64,000 nucleotides of DNA, from contig CAWJCS010000005.1 of NCBI GenBank assembly GCA_963841435.1, positions 384,001 through 448,000 of the forward strand. Reading direction: 5' to 3'. Made by a program: the position numbers and the translations under genes. How positions within the stretch are numbered: the stretch's first letter is position 1; each line of letters starts with the position of its first letter. The stretch is from an uncultured delta proteobacterium (GTDB lineage Bacteria; Myxococcota_A; Polyangia; Polyangiales; Polyangiaceae). Of this stretch, positions 1-9,385 are shown piece by piece. The notes under the pieces were generated by a model. That model saw only the letters and a list, made by a program, of their open reading frames with translations, did no database searches and was not told the DNA's origin.

Positions 1-365
1 CGCGAGTGCGAGCGGTGCTGCGCCGCGCCGCAGGGCCCGGCGCCGCGACACCCACGGCCGCGGCGGGCATTCAGCTCGACCTTCCGGGGCGCCGTGCACG
101 CGTGGGGATGCAGGCGCTCGAGCTCACGCGCGTGGAGTTCGACCTGCTCGCGTGCTTGCTCGAGGCACCCGAACGCGTGCACACGCGCGCCGAGCTCATC
201 GACCGCATGTGGGGTGACGGCTTCGCCATCACCGATCGAACCATCGACTCTCACGTGAAGGCGTTGCGTCGCAAGCTCGGTGAAGCGGGCGCGGAGCCGG
301 GCACGATCGAAACGGTGCGCGGCGTGGGCTACCGGCTCGGCCAGTCGGGGACGGAGAGCGCGTGA
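1..365 (+). CDS. OmpR-family response regulator, C-terminal winged-helix domain (5'-partial; CreB-like)
   Basis: LTRVEFDLL...TRAELIDRMW...RTIDSHVKALRRKL...IETVRGVGYR is a Trans_reg_C signature; the stop overlaps the kinase start (GTGA). Confidence 0.93.
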   Translation, partial: RVRAVLRRAAGPGAATPTAAAGIQLDLPGRRARVGMQALELTRVEFDLLACLLEAPERVHTRAELIDRMWGDGFAITDRTIDSHVKALRRKLGEAGAEPGTIETVRGVGYRLGQSGTESA

Positions 366-1837
366 TTCGCCTCGTGACGGTCGCCGCCGGGGCGATCCTG
401 CTGATTTTGTTCGTCGCGTTCGTCGTGTCGCGGCTGCTCCGCACGCGCTCGCGCGGCATGTCGATCCGCATGCAGGTGTTCCTCGCGCTGGCCGTGATCG
501 TCGGAAGCTTCGCGTTCGGCCTCGGGCTCATGGTGATCGACCGCATCGAGGCGCGCGCCGTGCGCCTCGCGACGCAGGCGGCGGGCGACGAGGCGGCGGC
601 GATCGCCGGCATCCTCGCAGGCGAGCTCGACCGCACCGGCGGCCAGCTCGGGACCGTCGCGCGGCGGCTCGAGCTCGAGCGGCAGCGCGGCGCGGACCTC
701 AGGATGGAGCTCGTCGACGACAAGGGCCGGCGCGTTTTCCCGGGCGGCGCGCCCACGCGGGGCGTCGAGGAGCCCGCGAGCGTCAGCGTCGAGGCGCCCA
801 TCGTCGTCCGAGGCAGGACGCTCGGTGCCGTGCGCGTCATCAAGCCCACCGTCGTCATGCGCGGCCTGCTCGCGGACTTCGCGCCGACCGTGCTCCTCAT
901 CAGCGTCGTGCTCGGTGCCGCCGCCGCGCTCGCCGCCGCCTGGATCGGGCGCGCCATCGCCGCACCCATCGAGGCGCTCGGCGCCTTCAGCGAGCGCGTG
1001 AGCGAGGGCGACCTCACGGCCGCACCACCACCGGTCCAGGGTCGCGAGCTCATGCATCTTTCGCGGTCGCTCGATTCGATGCGAAGAAAGCTCGAGGGTC
1101 GCCCCTTCGTCGAAGCGTTCGCCGCCGATCTGTCGCACGAGCTGAAAAATCCCGTCGCGGCGATCCGCGCGAGCGCCGAGGTGCTCGAGGAGAGCGCGCT
1201 CGACGAGCCCCACGAGGCGCGGCGCTTCGTCGCGCGCATTCGCGAATCCACGGCGCGCATCGAGCGGTTGCTCGGTGACCTCCTGAGCCTCGCGCGCATC
1301 GAGGCACGCGGCGCCGAGGGCTTCGACCCCGCCGACGTGTCCCGCCTCGCCGAGCGGGCCGTCGAAACCCTGGGAGAAGGCAACGCACGCGTGACGTTCG
1401 ACGGAACGAGTGGCGCCTTCGTGCGAGGGGACGAGACGTGGCTCGGTCGTGCCATCACGAACCTGGTCGACAACGCGCTCGTGCACTCCGAGGCGGGCAC
1501 GCCCGTGCGCGTGGAGGTCCGGCGGGACGGCGACAACGTGCGCGTGCTCGTTCAGAGCGCCGGCAGCGTGCCTCGCGCGATCGTGCCGCGCCTCTTCCGC
1601 CGCTTCGTCACGACGCGCTCGGACCGAGGCGGCACCGGTCTCGGGCTCGCCATCGTGCGGGCCGTCGCCGAAGCTCACGGCGGTCGAGCGGAGCTCACGA
1701 GCGCCGGTCCACCCAAGGTGGAATTTCGGGTGACGTTGCCGTCGGCGTGGCGGAGCGCGGGTGCTGACCTGCTCGACGCCGTCTCCGGCACGCGGCGGAG
1801 CCCGAGCACCGTTCCAACCACTGAAAATGCCCAATGA
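362..1837 (+). CDS. Membrane sensor histidine kinase with HAMP domain (CreC-like)
   Basis: TM segments, HAMP, H-box LSHELKNPVAAI, N-box NLVDNA, G-box GTGLGLAIV; RKLEGRPFVE resembles the CreC linker. Confidence 0.93.
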   Translation: MIRLVTVAAGAILLILFVAFVVSRLLRTRSRGMSIRMQVFLALAVIVGSFAFGLGLMVIDRIEARAVRLATQAAGDEAAAIAGILAGELDRTGGQLGTVARRLELERQRGADLRMELVDDKGRRVFPGGAPTRGVEEPASVSVEAPIVVRGRTLGAVRVIKPTVVMRGLLADFAPTVLLISVVLGAAAALAAAWIGRAIAAPIEALGAFSERVSEGDLTAAPPPVQGRELMHLSRSLDSMRRKLEGRPFVEAFAADLSHELKNPVAAIRASAEVLEESALDEPHEARRFVARIRESTARIERLLGDLLSLARIEARGAEGFDPADVSRLAERAVETLGEGNARVTFDGTSGAFVRGDETWLGRAITNLVDNALVHSEAGTPVRVEVRRDGDNVRVLVQSAGSVPRAIVPRLFRRFVTTRSDRGGTGLGLAIVRAVAEAHGGRAELTSAGPPKVEFRVTLPSAWRSAGADLLDAVSGTRRSPSTVPTTENAQ

Positions 1838-1893
1838 TTTCCAAGAACGGGCGTGCGTCCAGGCGTTGACGCCGCGGTGTCATGTCCGCCCGT

Positions 1894-1910
1894 TCTCCAT
1901 GAAATCTCCA
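1894..1910 (+). promoter_or_regulatory. Direct repeat TCTCCA-N5-TCTCCA (11-bp period), candidate OmpR-family binding box upstream of uppS
   Basis: TCTCCA at 1894-1899 and 1905-1910, followed by TTTACG(1914)-N16-CATAGT(1936), a promoter-like pair. Confidence 0.4.
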
Positions 1911-1996
1911 CGGTTTACGGGGGCCCTTCGTGAGGCATAGTCACCTTCGGCTTTCCGCCTCGCTCGGAGGGGGCCCTGCCAGAAGGACTTAGCACC

Positions 1997-2770
1997 GTGG
2001 GAACGACCAACGGCAACCGCCTCCCCCAGCACGTCGCGATCATCATGGACGGCAACGGCCGCTGGGCCACGGCGCGCGGGCTGTCACGTGCGCAGGGTCA
2101 CGCCGAGGGAGCCCGCGCCGTGCGCGACGCCGTCGAGACCGCGACGCGCATCGGGATCCCCTACCTGACGCTCTACGCGTTCAGCGTGGCGAACTGGAAT
2201 CGGCCCCGCGCCGAGGTCGAAGCGCTCATGGGGCTGCTCGTCGATTTCGCGAAATCCGAGCGCGCGGAGCTGCGCCAGAACGGCATCCGCGTGAACGTCA
2301 TCGGCTCGATCGAGGATCTGCCGACGATGACACGCCACGCCGTTCAAGACCTCGTGCGCTACACGGCCGAGGGTGATCGCATGACGCTCACGCTCGCGCT
2401 CTCGTACGGCGGTCGGCAGGATCTCGTCGAGGCGGCGCGCGCTCTGGCCGTCAAGGCACGCGCGGGCCTGGTGCTGCCCGAGGAGATCGACGAGGAGGCG
2501 TTGCATCGGCACATGACGACCAACTCGCTTCCCAACGTTGACCTTCTAATCCGAACCGGCGGCGAAACGCGCGTGAGCGACTTCTTGCTGTTCGAGTCGG
2601 CGTACGCCGAGCTCCTGTTCCTTCCCATCATGTGGCCCGACTTCCGGCCGCAGACCCTGCTCGACGCCGTGGCGCACTACGGCACCACGGAGCGGCGCTT
2701 CGGCATGACCTCGGAGCAGGTCTCGGGTCGCTCGGTGCATCCTTTCGATCCGTACGATCAGGCGAGCTGA
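1997..2770 (+). CDS. uppS: Undecaprenyl diphosphate synthase (cis-isoprenyl transferase)
   Basis: HVAIIMDGNGRWA, LYAFSVANWNRP, LALSYGGR, DLLIRTGGETRVSDFLL, WPDF, ERRFG motifs. Confidence 0.96.
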   Translation: MGTTNGNRLPQHVAIIMDGNGRWATARGLSRAQGHAEGARAVRDAVETATRIGIPYLTLYAFSVANWNRPRAEVEALMGLLVDFAKSERAELRQNGIRVNVIGSIEDLPTMTRHAVQDLVRYTAEGDRMTLTLALSYGGRQDLVEAARALAVKARAGLVLPEEIDEEALHRHMTTNSLPNVDLLIRTGGETRVSDFLLFESAYAELLFLPIMWPDFRPQTLLDAVAHYGTTERRFGMTSEQVSGRSVHPFDPYDQAS

Positions 2771-2793
2771 GGGGCGGGCTCGTGAGCTTTTCT

Positions 2794-2815
2794 GCCAAGA
2801 CCGAAAGGTCTTGGT
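2794..2815. terminator. Stem-loop between convergent genes (probable terminator)
   Basis: GCCAAGACC-GAAA-GGTCTTGGT: 9-bp stem with a GNRA loop, between the uppS stop and the convergent gene's stop. Confidence 0.6.
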
Positions 2816-2818
2816 GGC

Positions 2819-3337
2819 TCAGAACTGATATTCGACGGTGTTGAGGGCGCGGACCTTGTCCGGCCAGGTGAGCTCGCGGATGCGGCCCTTGATGCATTCC
2901 TCGAGCTTCGGGTTCTTCGGCGTCGAGCTCATGTCGAGACCCACCGCCTTGCCGTTCCAGACGGCGACGGAAAACTTGAAGTGGCCGTTGCCAGGCTTGC
3001 AGGGCTCGTAGAGCGCAAAATCCTGGAGTGGCTTCGCGAGCGCTTCCTGCTCGATGTTCAGGCGCTTGGTGCCGACGGGGACGGCCGCAATGGCCTCCGC
3101 TACGGTGCCGTTCTCCTTGAACTCCGGATCCTTGGGCTCTTCCTTTTCAGGCTTCGGCTCGGCGGCGCCCTCCTCCGCGGCATCGTCGTCGGGAGTTGCT
3201 TCGTCGGGGGCAGGCGCCGGCGGCGCTTCCGCGCTTTCGTCGGCGGATGCCGCGTCTTCGGGCGGGGGCTGAGAGCCTCCGCACGCACCAACGATCAGAG
3301 CAGACAAACCGCTCACGAGCAGCCAAGCCCTCGGCAT
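2819..3337 (-). CDS. Hypothetical lipoprotein (acidic Pro/Glu linker, C-terminal TonB-C/AgmX-like small domain)
   Basis: Lipobox IVGAC, low-complexity linker, C-terminal LEECIKGRIRELTWP. Confidence 0.75.
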   Translation of the reverse strand: MPRAWLLVSGLSALIVGACGGSQPPPEDAASADESAEAPPAPAPDEATPDDDAAEEGAAEPKPEKEEPKDPEFKENGTVAEAIAAVPVGTKRLNIEQEALAKPLQDFALYEPCKPGNGHFKFSVAVWNGKAVGLDMSSTPKNPKLEECIKGRIRELTWPDKVRALNTVEYQF

Positions 3338-3399
3338 GGGCGCGACAATAGCTCTCACGAGGGGTCGAGTAAAGACGACTGCGCGGGTAGCATCGAGTC

Positions 3400-4296
3400 A
3401 TGGTGCACCATCCGGAACCACCCACCGTGGGCTTCATTGGGCTTGGCGTCATGGGCGGCAGCATGGCCGGGCACGTGGTCGCCGCCGGCTACCCGCTCGT
3501 GGTCTACGCGCGCCGTCCCGAGCAGGCCGAGCCGCTGGTCCAGAAAGGGGCGGTGCGCGCGGCGTCCCCCGCCGAGGTCGCGCGCCGCTCGAGCGTGACG
3601 CTCACGATCGTCGGCTACCCCGCCAACGTCGAAAGCCTGTACTTCGGGACAGGGGGTTTGCTCGAAAATGGCGCACCCGACGCACTTTTCGTCGATCTGA
3701 CGACGTCGAGCCCGGCGCTCGCCGTTCGCATCGCCGCGACGGCTCGGACGCTCGGAAAGCACGCGCTCGACGCACCCGTTTCGGGAGGCGACGTCGGAGC
3801 GCGCGCCGGGACCTTGTCGGTCATGGTGGGGGGCGACGCCTCCGACCTGGAGCGCGCCCGGCCGATCCTCGAGTGCTTCGGCAAGACCATCGTGCACCAG
3901 GGCGCCGCGGGCTCGGGTCAGCACGCCAAGCTCGCCAACCAGATTGCAATCGCGGGCACGATGCTCGGCTTGTGCGAAGCGCTCGGCTACGCGGAGCGCG
4001 CGGGGCTCGATCTCGAGCGGCTCCTCGCGAGCATCTCCGAAGGCGCCGCCGCGAGCTCCGCCATGAAGAACCTGGCCCCACGCATGCTCGCCGGTGACGA
4101 CCGGCCAGGGTTTTACGTCAAACACTTCTTGAAGGACCTCGCTCTCGCGCGCGACGAAGCCGACACGCGCCTCGCGTTCGACGCACCCGGACTGCGGCTC
4201 GCGCTCGCGCGCTACGAAGAGCTCGCGCGCCGAGGCCACGGCGACCACGGCACGCAGTCGCTCTTCCGGCTCTACTCCGGCGAGAAATCCGGATAG
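3400..4296 (+). CDS. NAD(P)-dependent beta-hydroxyacid dehydrogenase (3-hydroxyisobutyrate/tartronate semialdehyde reductase family)
   Basis: GFIGLGVMG, LDAPVSGGDVGA, GSGQHAKLANQ, FYVKHFLKDL motifs. Confidence 0.93.
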   Translation: MVHHPEPPTVGFIGLGVMGGSMAGHVVAAGYPLVVYARRPEQAEPLVQKGAVRAASPAEVARRSSVTLTIVGYPANVESLYFGTGGLLENGAPDALFVDLTTSSPALAVRIAATARTLGKHALDAPVSGGDVGARAGTLSVMVGGDASDLERARPILECFGKTIVHQGAAGSGQHAKLANQIAIAGTMLGLCEALGYAERAGLDLERLLASISEGAAASSAMKNLAPRMLAGDDRPGFYVKHFLKDLALARDEADTRLAFDAPGLRLALARYEELARRGHGDHGTQSLFRLYSGEKSG

Positions 4297-5003
4297 TAGC
4301 GAGCGAGCTCGGCGAGCGTCTCGTCGAGCTCGAGCTGGCCGGGGGCCGTCGCGCGGCCGAGCGACACGAAGGAAAACAGCGAGCCTAACGCAGGAAAGAG
4401 CACGCGTGTCTTCTTGCCGTGCGGGCCCATGCCGATCACGACGAGCCGCTCACCCGGATGCCGCGCGAACAGGGCGGCGAGGCGCGCGCAGGCCTCGTCG
4501 TCGGGAAGCTCGACGGCGATCTTCGTGATGTCGGCGCCTGCGCGATGGCTACGCCGCACGATGCGGTCGAGGGCGCCGGCGCTCGGCGTCGCGGCGAAAT
4601 CGTGGTGCGAAAGCACGACGGGGCGGCGGGCGCGGCGAGCGGCACGCACCACCTCGGCACGGATCGGCGCGTCGAGCTCGACATCGACGGCGGCGGCGAG
4701 CGGCAAGAGCGCCCGGTAGACCGCCAGACGCTCCTGTTCGTCGCCGGCGAAATGGCCGCCCTGCTCGCTCCAGCGCGGCGTGACGAGCACGGGCAGCACG
4801 GTGCCGGCACGCTGGAGCACGTTCGCGACGTTTCGCGTGTCGCTATCGTCGAACAGATCGACGCGCGCCTCGAGCAACGCGAGGCCGCGCGCCCGAGCCT
4901 TGCGAAGCACCGAAAGCGGCGTGCGATCCGTGAACGGCGCGATCAACGTCGGCTCGAACGGTCGCAACGTGACGCTGCCGATGCTGACGGGCCTCCTCGC
5001 CAT
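4272..5003 (-). CDS. aroD: Type I 3-dehydroquinate dehydratase
   Basis: EARVD, VLVTPR..EQGG, VDVEL, VVLSHHDF, ADITKIAV (Schiff-base Lys), IGMG..GKKTR, APGQ. Confidence 0.88.
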   Translation of the reverse strand: MARRPVSIGSVTLRPFEPTLIAPFTDRTPLSVLRKARARGLALLEARVDLFDDSDTRNVANVLQRAGTVLPVLVTPRWSEQGGHFAGDEQERLAVYRALLPLAAAVDVELDAPIRAEVVRAARRARRPVVLSHHDFAATPSAGALDRIVRRSHRAGADITKIAVELPDDEACARLAALFARHPGERLVVIGMGPHGKKTRVLFPALGSLFSFVSLGRATAPGQLELDETLAELARYYPDFSPE

Positions 5004-5055
5004 CCTGCTCACGATTAGCACAGACGCCGTCCGGCGCGCTCGGGGTCCCGCGCGC

Positions 5056-6021
5056 TCAGGGTCCGGCGAGCACGCCGACCAGTCGGTCGATGGCGCGCGG
5101 CAACCGGGCGTCGGCGGCGATGAGCTCGATCGGATCGTGGTCGAGCTCGCGACGGATGTCGCGCGAGCGGCCGAACATGGCGAGAAACAGCCGCGCCGTG
5201 TCGTAGCGAAACTCGGGGCTCATCACCATCAGGCCGTTGAGCGCCGAGCGGAGCTTTTCGGCGGTCGGACGGCCGAGCCCGCCGAGCCGAGCCGCCCCGC
5301 AGAGCCTCTCGAAACGCTTGCGGTCGAGCCTGTTGACGAGAAAATTGTTGTAGAGGAACGCGAGGAGCGCGGCGCGACACACGGGCTCGAAGCCGAGGCG
5401 CTCGATGAGCTCCCCCACGGCCTTTTTCTTCGGAGTGCGACGCCGGTAGGAGCTGATCGAGAAGAGCCAGGCGTGGAGCGTGCCGCTCACCGCGCAGCCG
5501 GCGAAGTACTCGGCCGTCATGGCGAACGCCTCGCCGAGCACGATGCGCGCGAGCGCCGAGGGATCGCGCAAGGCGTGAGCCACGCTCGCGGGACGGCCGA
5601 AGAGCTCGCGGAACGCGACGGCGTGCGCCGACTCGTGCAAGAGGTAGCTCGGAGCGGGGCGATTGCCGCGCAGGTCCGAGAGCCGAAAAAATCCGGGGCG
5701 AGCGTCTTCGAGGTGGCAGAGGGCGACGAAGCTCGGCCGGTAGGGGATGCGCCGCGTCTCGAGGACGGTATCGAGGTGGATCAGCGGGAAGCCGAGGTAC
5801 CCATGCGGGTCGTCGAGCGAGTAGCGGAAACCCGCTCGGAGCGCCGCGTCGCGCACGCGCCGGAAGTAGGGATTTTCGAGGTACAAGAAGCCGTCGCCGA
5901 CGCAGTCGAGCAGCCGTCCTTTGCCGTGACAGCGGCGCTGCAATAAAATCAGCTCGGCGAGGCGAATGGCTGCATTTCTAGCATCGCGCGCCTCCGTCGG
6001 GTCGGCGGAGCGCCGGAGCAT
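5056..6021 (-). CDS. Hypothetical protein with HExxH...E zinc-binding motif
   Basis: Coherent 321-aa ORF; LLHESAHAV followed by LGEAFA about 30 aa later. Confidence 0.7.
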   Translation of the reverse strand: MLRRSADPTEARDARNAAIRLAELILLQRRCHGKGRLLDCVGDGFLYLENPYFRRVRDAALRAGFRYSLDDPHGYLGFPLIHLDTVLETRRIPYRPSFVALCHLEDARPGFFRLSDLRGNRPAPSYLLHESAHAVAFRELFGRPASVAHALRDPSALARIVLGEAFAMTAEYFAGCAVSGTLHAWLFSISSYRRRTPKKKAVGELIERLGFEPVCRAALLAFLYNNFLVNRLDRKRFERLCGAARLGGLGRPTAEKLRSALNGLMVMSPEFRYDTARLFLAMFGRSRDIRRELDHDPIELIAADARLPRAIDRLVGVLAGP

Positions 6022-6164
6022 GATGCGGGCAGGGCGCGAACGGGCGGCCCGCGGCGGCGCATCCCCGTTGGCAGCGTTCGCGTGAAGCGGCGTTCACGGG
6101 CGGGGTCGAGACGCAGGGATTTCCGCGGCCCAGGGCTTGGTACGGCTCGTGCTGTGACCAGGGC

Positions 6165-6992
6165 ATGCCCACCTCGCCGCGTCCCCTCCCCTTCGTTCCC
6201 TTCTGCGCCCTCGCCTGCCTAGCCGTGGGGCTCGCCGGGTGCGGCCCGAGCGAGGAGGACTTCGCGAGCGCGGTCGTGACCTCCGCACTGTCGGCACCCG
6301 AGCATCAGCAGCTCGCTGACGACGTCGTCGATGACCCGTGCGGCGCGCTGAACGCCGAGGCGTTCGCCGCAGAAGCGGCCCAGCGCCCCGCGGCCGGGCT
6401 CTACCCCGCGAGCTGCGTCGAGAAGACGGCCGCGGGCAGCACGCTCGACTTGAGCTTCGACGACTGCACGGGTCCGTTCGGCCGCGTCCACCTCGACGGC
6501 ACCGTGCGGGCGGAGCTCAGCGTGAGCGGCGAGTGCCGACTGCACGCCGACGTGCACGATACGGGACTCACCGCCAACGACCGTCCGTTCGCGCTGACGG
6601 CGCGCGCCGACATCCAGGTGCTCGACGGAGCGCACGAGGTCTCGTGGCACGGGCACGAAAGCGGCACGACGCGGCGCGGGCGCAATATCGAGCAAACCTC
6701 GTCTCTCGACGTGCTCGTCGATCGCGCGACCGGGTGCCGCGTGATCTCCGGGAACACCGACGGCGAGGTGAGCGGGTTCGAGTACGACTGGGGCGTGCGC
6801 GACATGGCGATCTGCCCGGGCGAGTGCCCGTCGGGGGGTGTCGTCGATGCGGCGTGGCACCGAGGGCTCCGCGAGCGAAACTTCCACGTGGCGTTCGACG
6901 GCTCGAGCGTCGCTCACGTGACCTTGCCGAGCGGCCGGGTGCACGACGTTGCCATGGCATGCGACGCCGCTGAAGCCGCCGACGACGAGTGA
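6165..6992 (+). CDS. Hypothetical myxobacterial Cys-containing lipoprotein
   Basis: Lipobox LAGC; FDDCTGPFG and CPGECPSGG motifs in a beta-rich body. Confidence 0.8.
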   Translation: MPTSPRPLPFVPFCALACLAVGLAGCGPSEEDFASAVVTSALSAPEHQQLADDVVDDPCGALNAEAFAAEAAQRPAAGLYPASCVEKTAAGSTLDLSFDDCTGPFGRVHLDGTVRAELSVSGECRLHADVHDTGLTANDRPFALTARADIQVLDGAHEVSWHGHESGTTRRGRNIEQTSSLDVLVDRATGCRVISGNTDGEVSGFEYDWGVRDMAICPGECPSGGVVDAAWHRGLRERNFHVAFDGSSVAHVTLPSGRVHDVAMACDAAEAADDE

Positions 6993-7190
6993 CGCGGGCT
7001 CGCGCCGCCCGCCGGCCTCGCGATGCCGCCCGGGTAGCTCCGCGAAGCGCCGAGGGCAGGACCGCTAAGAATTACTCGCATACTGGAATTCACGCGGCGG
7101 CCTTATCATCGCAATCCTGGCGTAAGAGATTTCATTTTTGGCGCTTCGCGAGGCGGAACGAGGACCACATGGTAGTTTCCAGGCACCTCT

Positions 7191-8150
7191 GTGGCGCTGC
7201 GACGACGCGTGGATTGGCCGGTGATCCTGGGCGCGGACGCTCCGCGACCGGCGATGGTGGCGAGCGCCCAAAGCGAGCTCGCCGAGGTGCTGGCCGCCTG
7301 CGACGAGCTGATGGCCATCGACGACTCCGATCTGGTGCTCCGCCGTGCCGTCGAGCTTGCCCGTGAGCGGCTGGGGCTCGAGCGCGTGGGGCTGTTCTTG
7401 GTCGACGAGCCGCGCGGGCTGATGCTCGGCACCTGGGGTACCGATCTCGAAGGGCGCTCGGTCAACGAGCACCACGTGATGTACGAGATCGGCGGCAACG
7501 ATCGGGAGGCTTTCCGCCGGGCGACCGAAGACGGCGCGCCGTTCACGCTCATCGACAACTGCCCCATCGTCGTCCAGCTCGAGGCCGAGACGAAGATCGT
7601 GGGCCGGGGCTGGGTGGCCTGCACACCGATCCGCTCGGCGCGGGGCAACATCGGTATGCTTTTCAACGACTCGGGGCCCGACGGACCGCCGGTCGACGAC
7701 GCTAAGCAGGCGCGCGCTGCCATCCTGTGCTCCGTGCTCGGCACGATCCTCGAGCTGAGTCACGGGCGGCCTGGCCAGGGCGTCGCCGGCCAGCTCTCCA
7801 CGGCCGGCCACCCCGTGGTCGTTTCGAGCCTGCGGCTCCTGGCGAAGGATCCCACGCTCACGGCGCGCAAGCTCGCGCCAAAGCTCCACATCAGCTCGAG
7901 CCGTCTCGCGCGGGTGTTCAAGGCGGAGATGGGCATGTCGCTCGTCGAGTATCGGAACCGCCTCCGCCTCGAGCGCTTTCAGGTGTTGCTCGACGCGGGC
8001 GGCGAGAACCTGCTCGAAGCCGCGCTCGCGGCGGGTTTCGGCAGCTACGCGCAATTTTACCGCGTGTATCGCGCAGTACGCGGCGCGCCGCCGCGCGCGT
8101 CGCTGCGCGAGCGACCCTCGTCGCCCGCCAACGGCCGCCGCCCTTCATGA
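7191..8150 (+). CDS. AraC-family transcriptional regulator with N-terminal GAF-like domain
   Basis: C-terminal SSSRLARVFKAEMGMSLVEYRNRLRLERF...AGFGSYAQFYRVY; N-terminal ERLGLERVGLFL is GAF-like. Start position uncertain. Confidence 0.88.
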   Translation: MALRRRVDWPVILGADAPRPAMVASAQSELAEVLAACDELMAIDDSDLVLRRAVELARERLGLERVGLFLVDEPRGLMLGTWGTDLEGRSVNEHHVMYEIGGNDREAFRRATEDGAPFTLIDNCPIVVQLEAETKIVGRGWVACTPIRSARGNIGMLFNDSGPDGPPVDDAKQARAAILCSVLGTILELSHGRPGQGVAGQLSTAGHPVVVSSLRLLAKDPTLTARKLAPKLHISSSRLARVFKAEMGMSLVEYRNRLRLERFQVLLDAGGENLLEAALAAGFGSYAQFYRVYRAVRGAPPRASLRERPSSPANGRRPS

Positions 8151-9385
8151 GCTTCGACATCAACGGGATCCTCGGTAGCGGGCAGAGCCTCTCCGTGGGT
8201 GCGCCGTTCTCGGGGACGGCCGTCGTGGAACCGATGCCGGGACCGACGTGCCACCTCAAGCTCTCGCTCGACGGCGCGCGCGTGCCGCCGTGGGACCCCG
8301 AGCAGCCGGGGCTCGCGCTCGTCCCGTACTCGGAGCCGATCCGACCGCTTGGCACCGAGTATCCGAGCCCGTATCCCGACAACCTTTTCGGTGAGACGCT
8401 GCACGCTGCCATCACGCGACAGCTCAGTGCGCTCACGAGCGCGGCGGGCCTGCCCGAGCACGTGACGGTGCACAGCGTCGTTGGCGAATGCGGGCAGGGC
8501 ATGGCGGCGCTCTCCAAGCATTCCGGCGACACCACGGGCACGACGGGGCGCTCGTACGCCGCCGCGATCTTCGAGGTGGCCGCCATCGCACGGCTCGCGC
8601 GGGCCACGGGACGCTCGTACGGCGTGCGCGCCCTCGTGATGACCCACGGCGAGACCGACTGGCAGAGCCCCACTTACGAGCGCGAGCTCGTCGAGCTGAT
8701 GAACGACCTGAATCGCGACGTCCCGGCGCTAACGGGGCAGTCGGAGCCCGTCGTGATGCTTTTGTCGCAGCAGTTCGCTTTCCCGACGGGCCGCGGCGAG
8801 CGCCCGCTGGGGACGCTTTTACAGTGGCGACTCGGCGTGGAGCGGCCTGGCGCTTTCGTGTGCACGGGACCGCGGTATCACCTGGCGGGCGCCGGCGACG
8901 GCATTCATCTGTTGCTCGAGGGCTACCGCGCGCTCGGCGAGAAGACGGCCGAGGTGTACTTCGAGCGCTGCGTGATGGGCCGCGACTGGCGACCCCTGCA
9001 ACCGACGGCCGCCTCGCGCGACGGGCGTGTCGTGACCGTGCACTTTCACGTGCCCGTACCGCCGCTCGCCTGGGACGACACGCTGCCACGGCCGCTCGCC
9101 TGGGAGCACGGGCGCGGTTTCGAGCTCTATCGCGAGAACGAGCGCATCGGCATCGTCTCGGCGGAGATCGTCGGCGACACCGTGCGCTTGCGCAGCGATA
9201 CGGACCTCGGCTCGGGCGAGCTCACGGTTGCCTACGCGATGGCGAGCGCCGGGGAGAGCATGCGCGGCGCGTCCGGCGCGTACCGCTGGGGCCAGCTCCG
9301 GGACTCCGACCCCCTCGTCGGCGTCGCGAGCGGCGTGGCCCAGCCGAACTACGCGGTCTCTTTCGAGCTCGACGTGCCCGGCTGA
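8147..9385 (+). CDS. SGNH-hydrolase / sialate O-acetylesterase-like protein
   Basis: ATG at 8147 overlaps the AraC stop (ATGA); GQSLSVG, THGETD and DGIH blocks. Confidence 0.72.
   Translation: MSFDINGILGSGQSLSVGAPFSGTAVVEPMPGPTCHLKLSLDGARVPPWDPEQPGLALVPYSEPIRPLGTEYPSPYPDNLFGETLHAAITRQLSALTSAAGLPEHVTVHSVVGECGQGMAALSKHSGDTTGTTGRSYAAAIFEVAAIARLARATGRSYGVRALVMTHGETDWQSPTYERELVELMNDLNRDVPALTGQSEPVVMLLSQQFAFPTGRGERPLGTLLQWRLGVERPGAFVCTGPRYHLAGAGDGIHLLLEGYRALGEKTAEVYFERCVMGRDWRPLQPTAASRDGRVVTVHFHVPVPPLAWDDTLPRPLAWEHGRGFELYRENERIGIVSAEIVGDTVRLRSDTDLGSGELTVAYAMASAGESMRGASGAYRWGQLRDSDPLVGVASGVAQPNYAVSFELDVPG

Noticed and set aside
7109-7119. TCGCAATCCTG shared with 48149-48159 as a common regulatory motif
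   Set aside because: An 11-mer match is expected by chance many times in 64 kb; no further support.
7727-8146. N-terminal 140 aa of ORF 7727-9385
   Set aside because: It overlaps the AraC HTH in another frame; the real start is the ATG at 8147.
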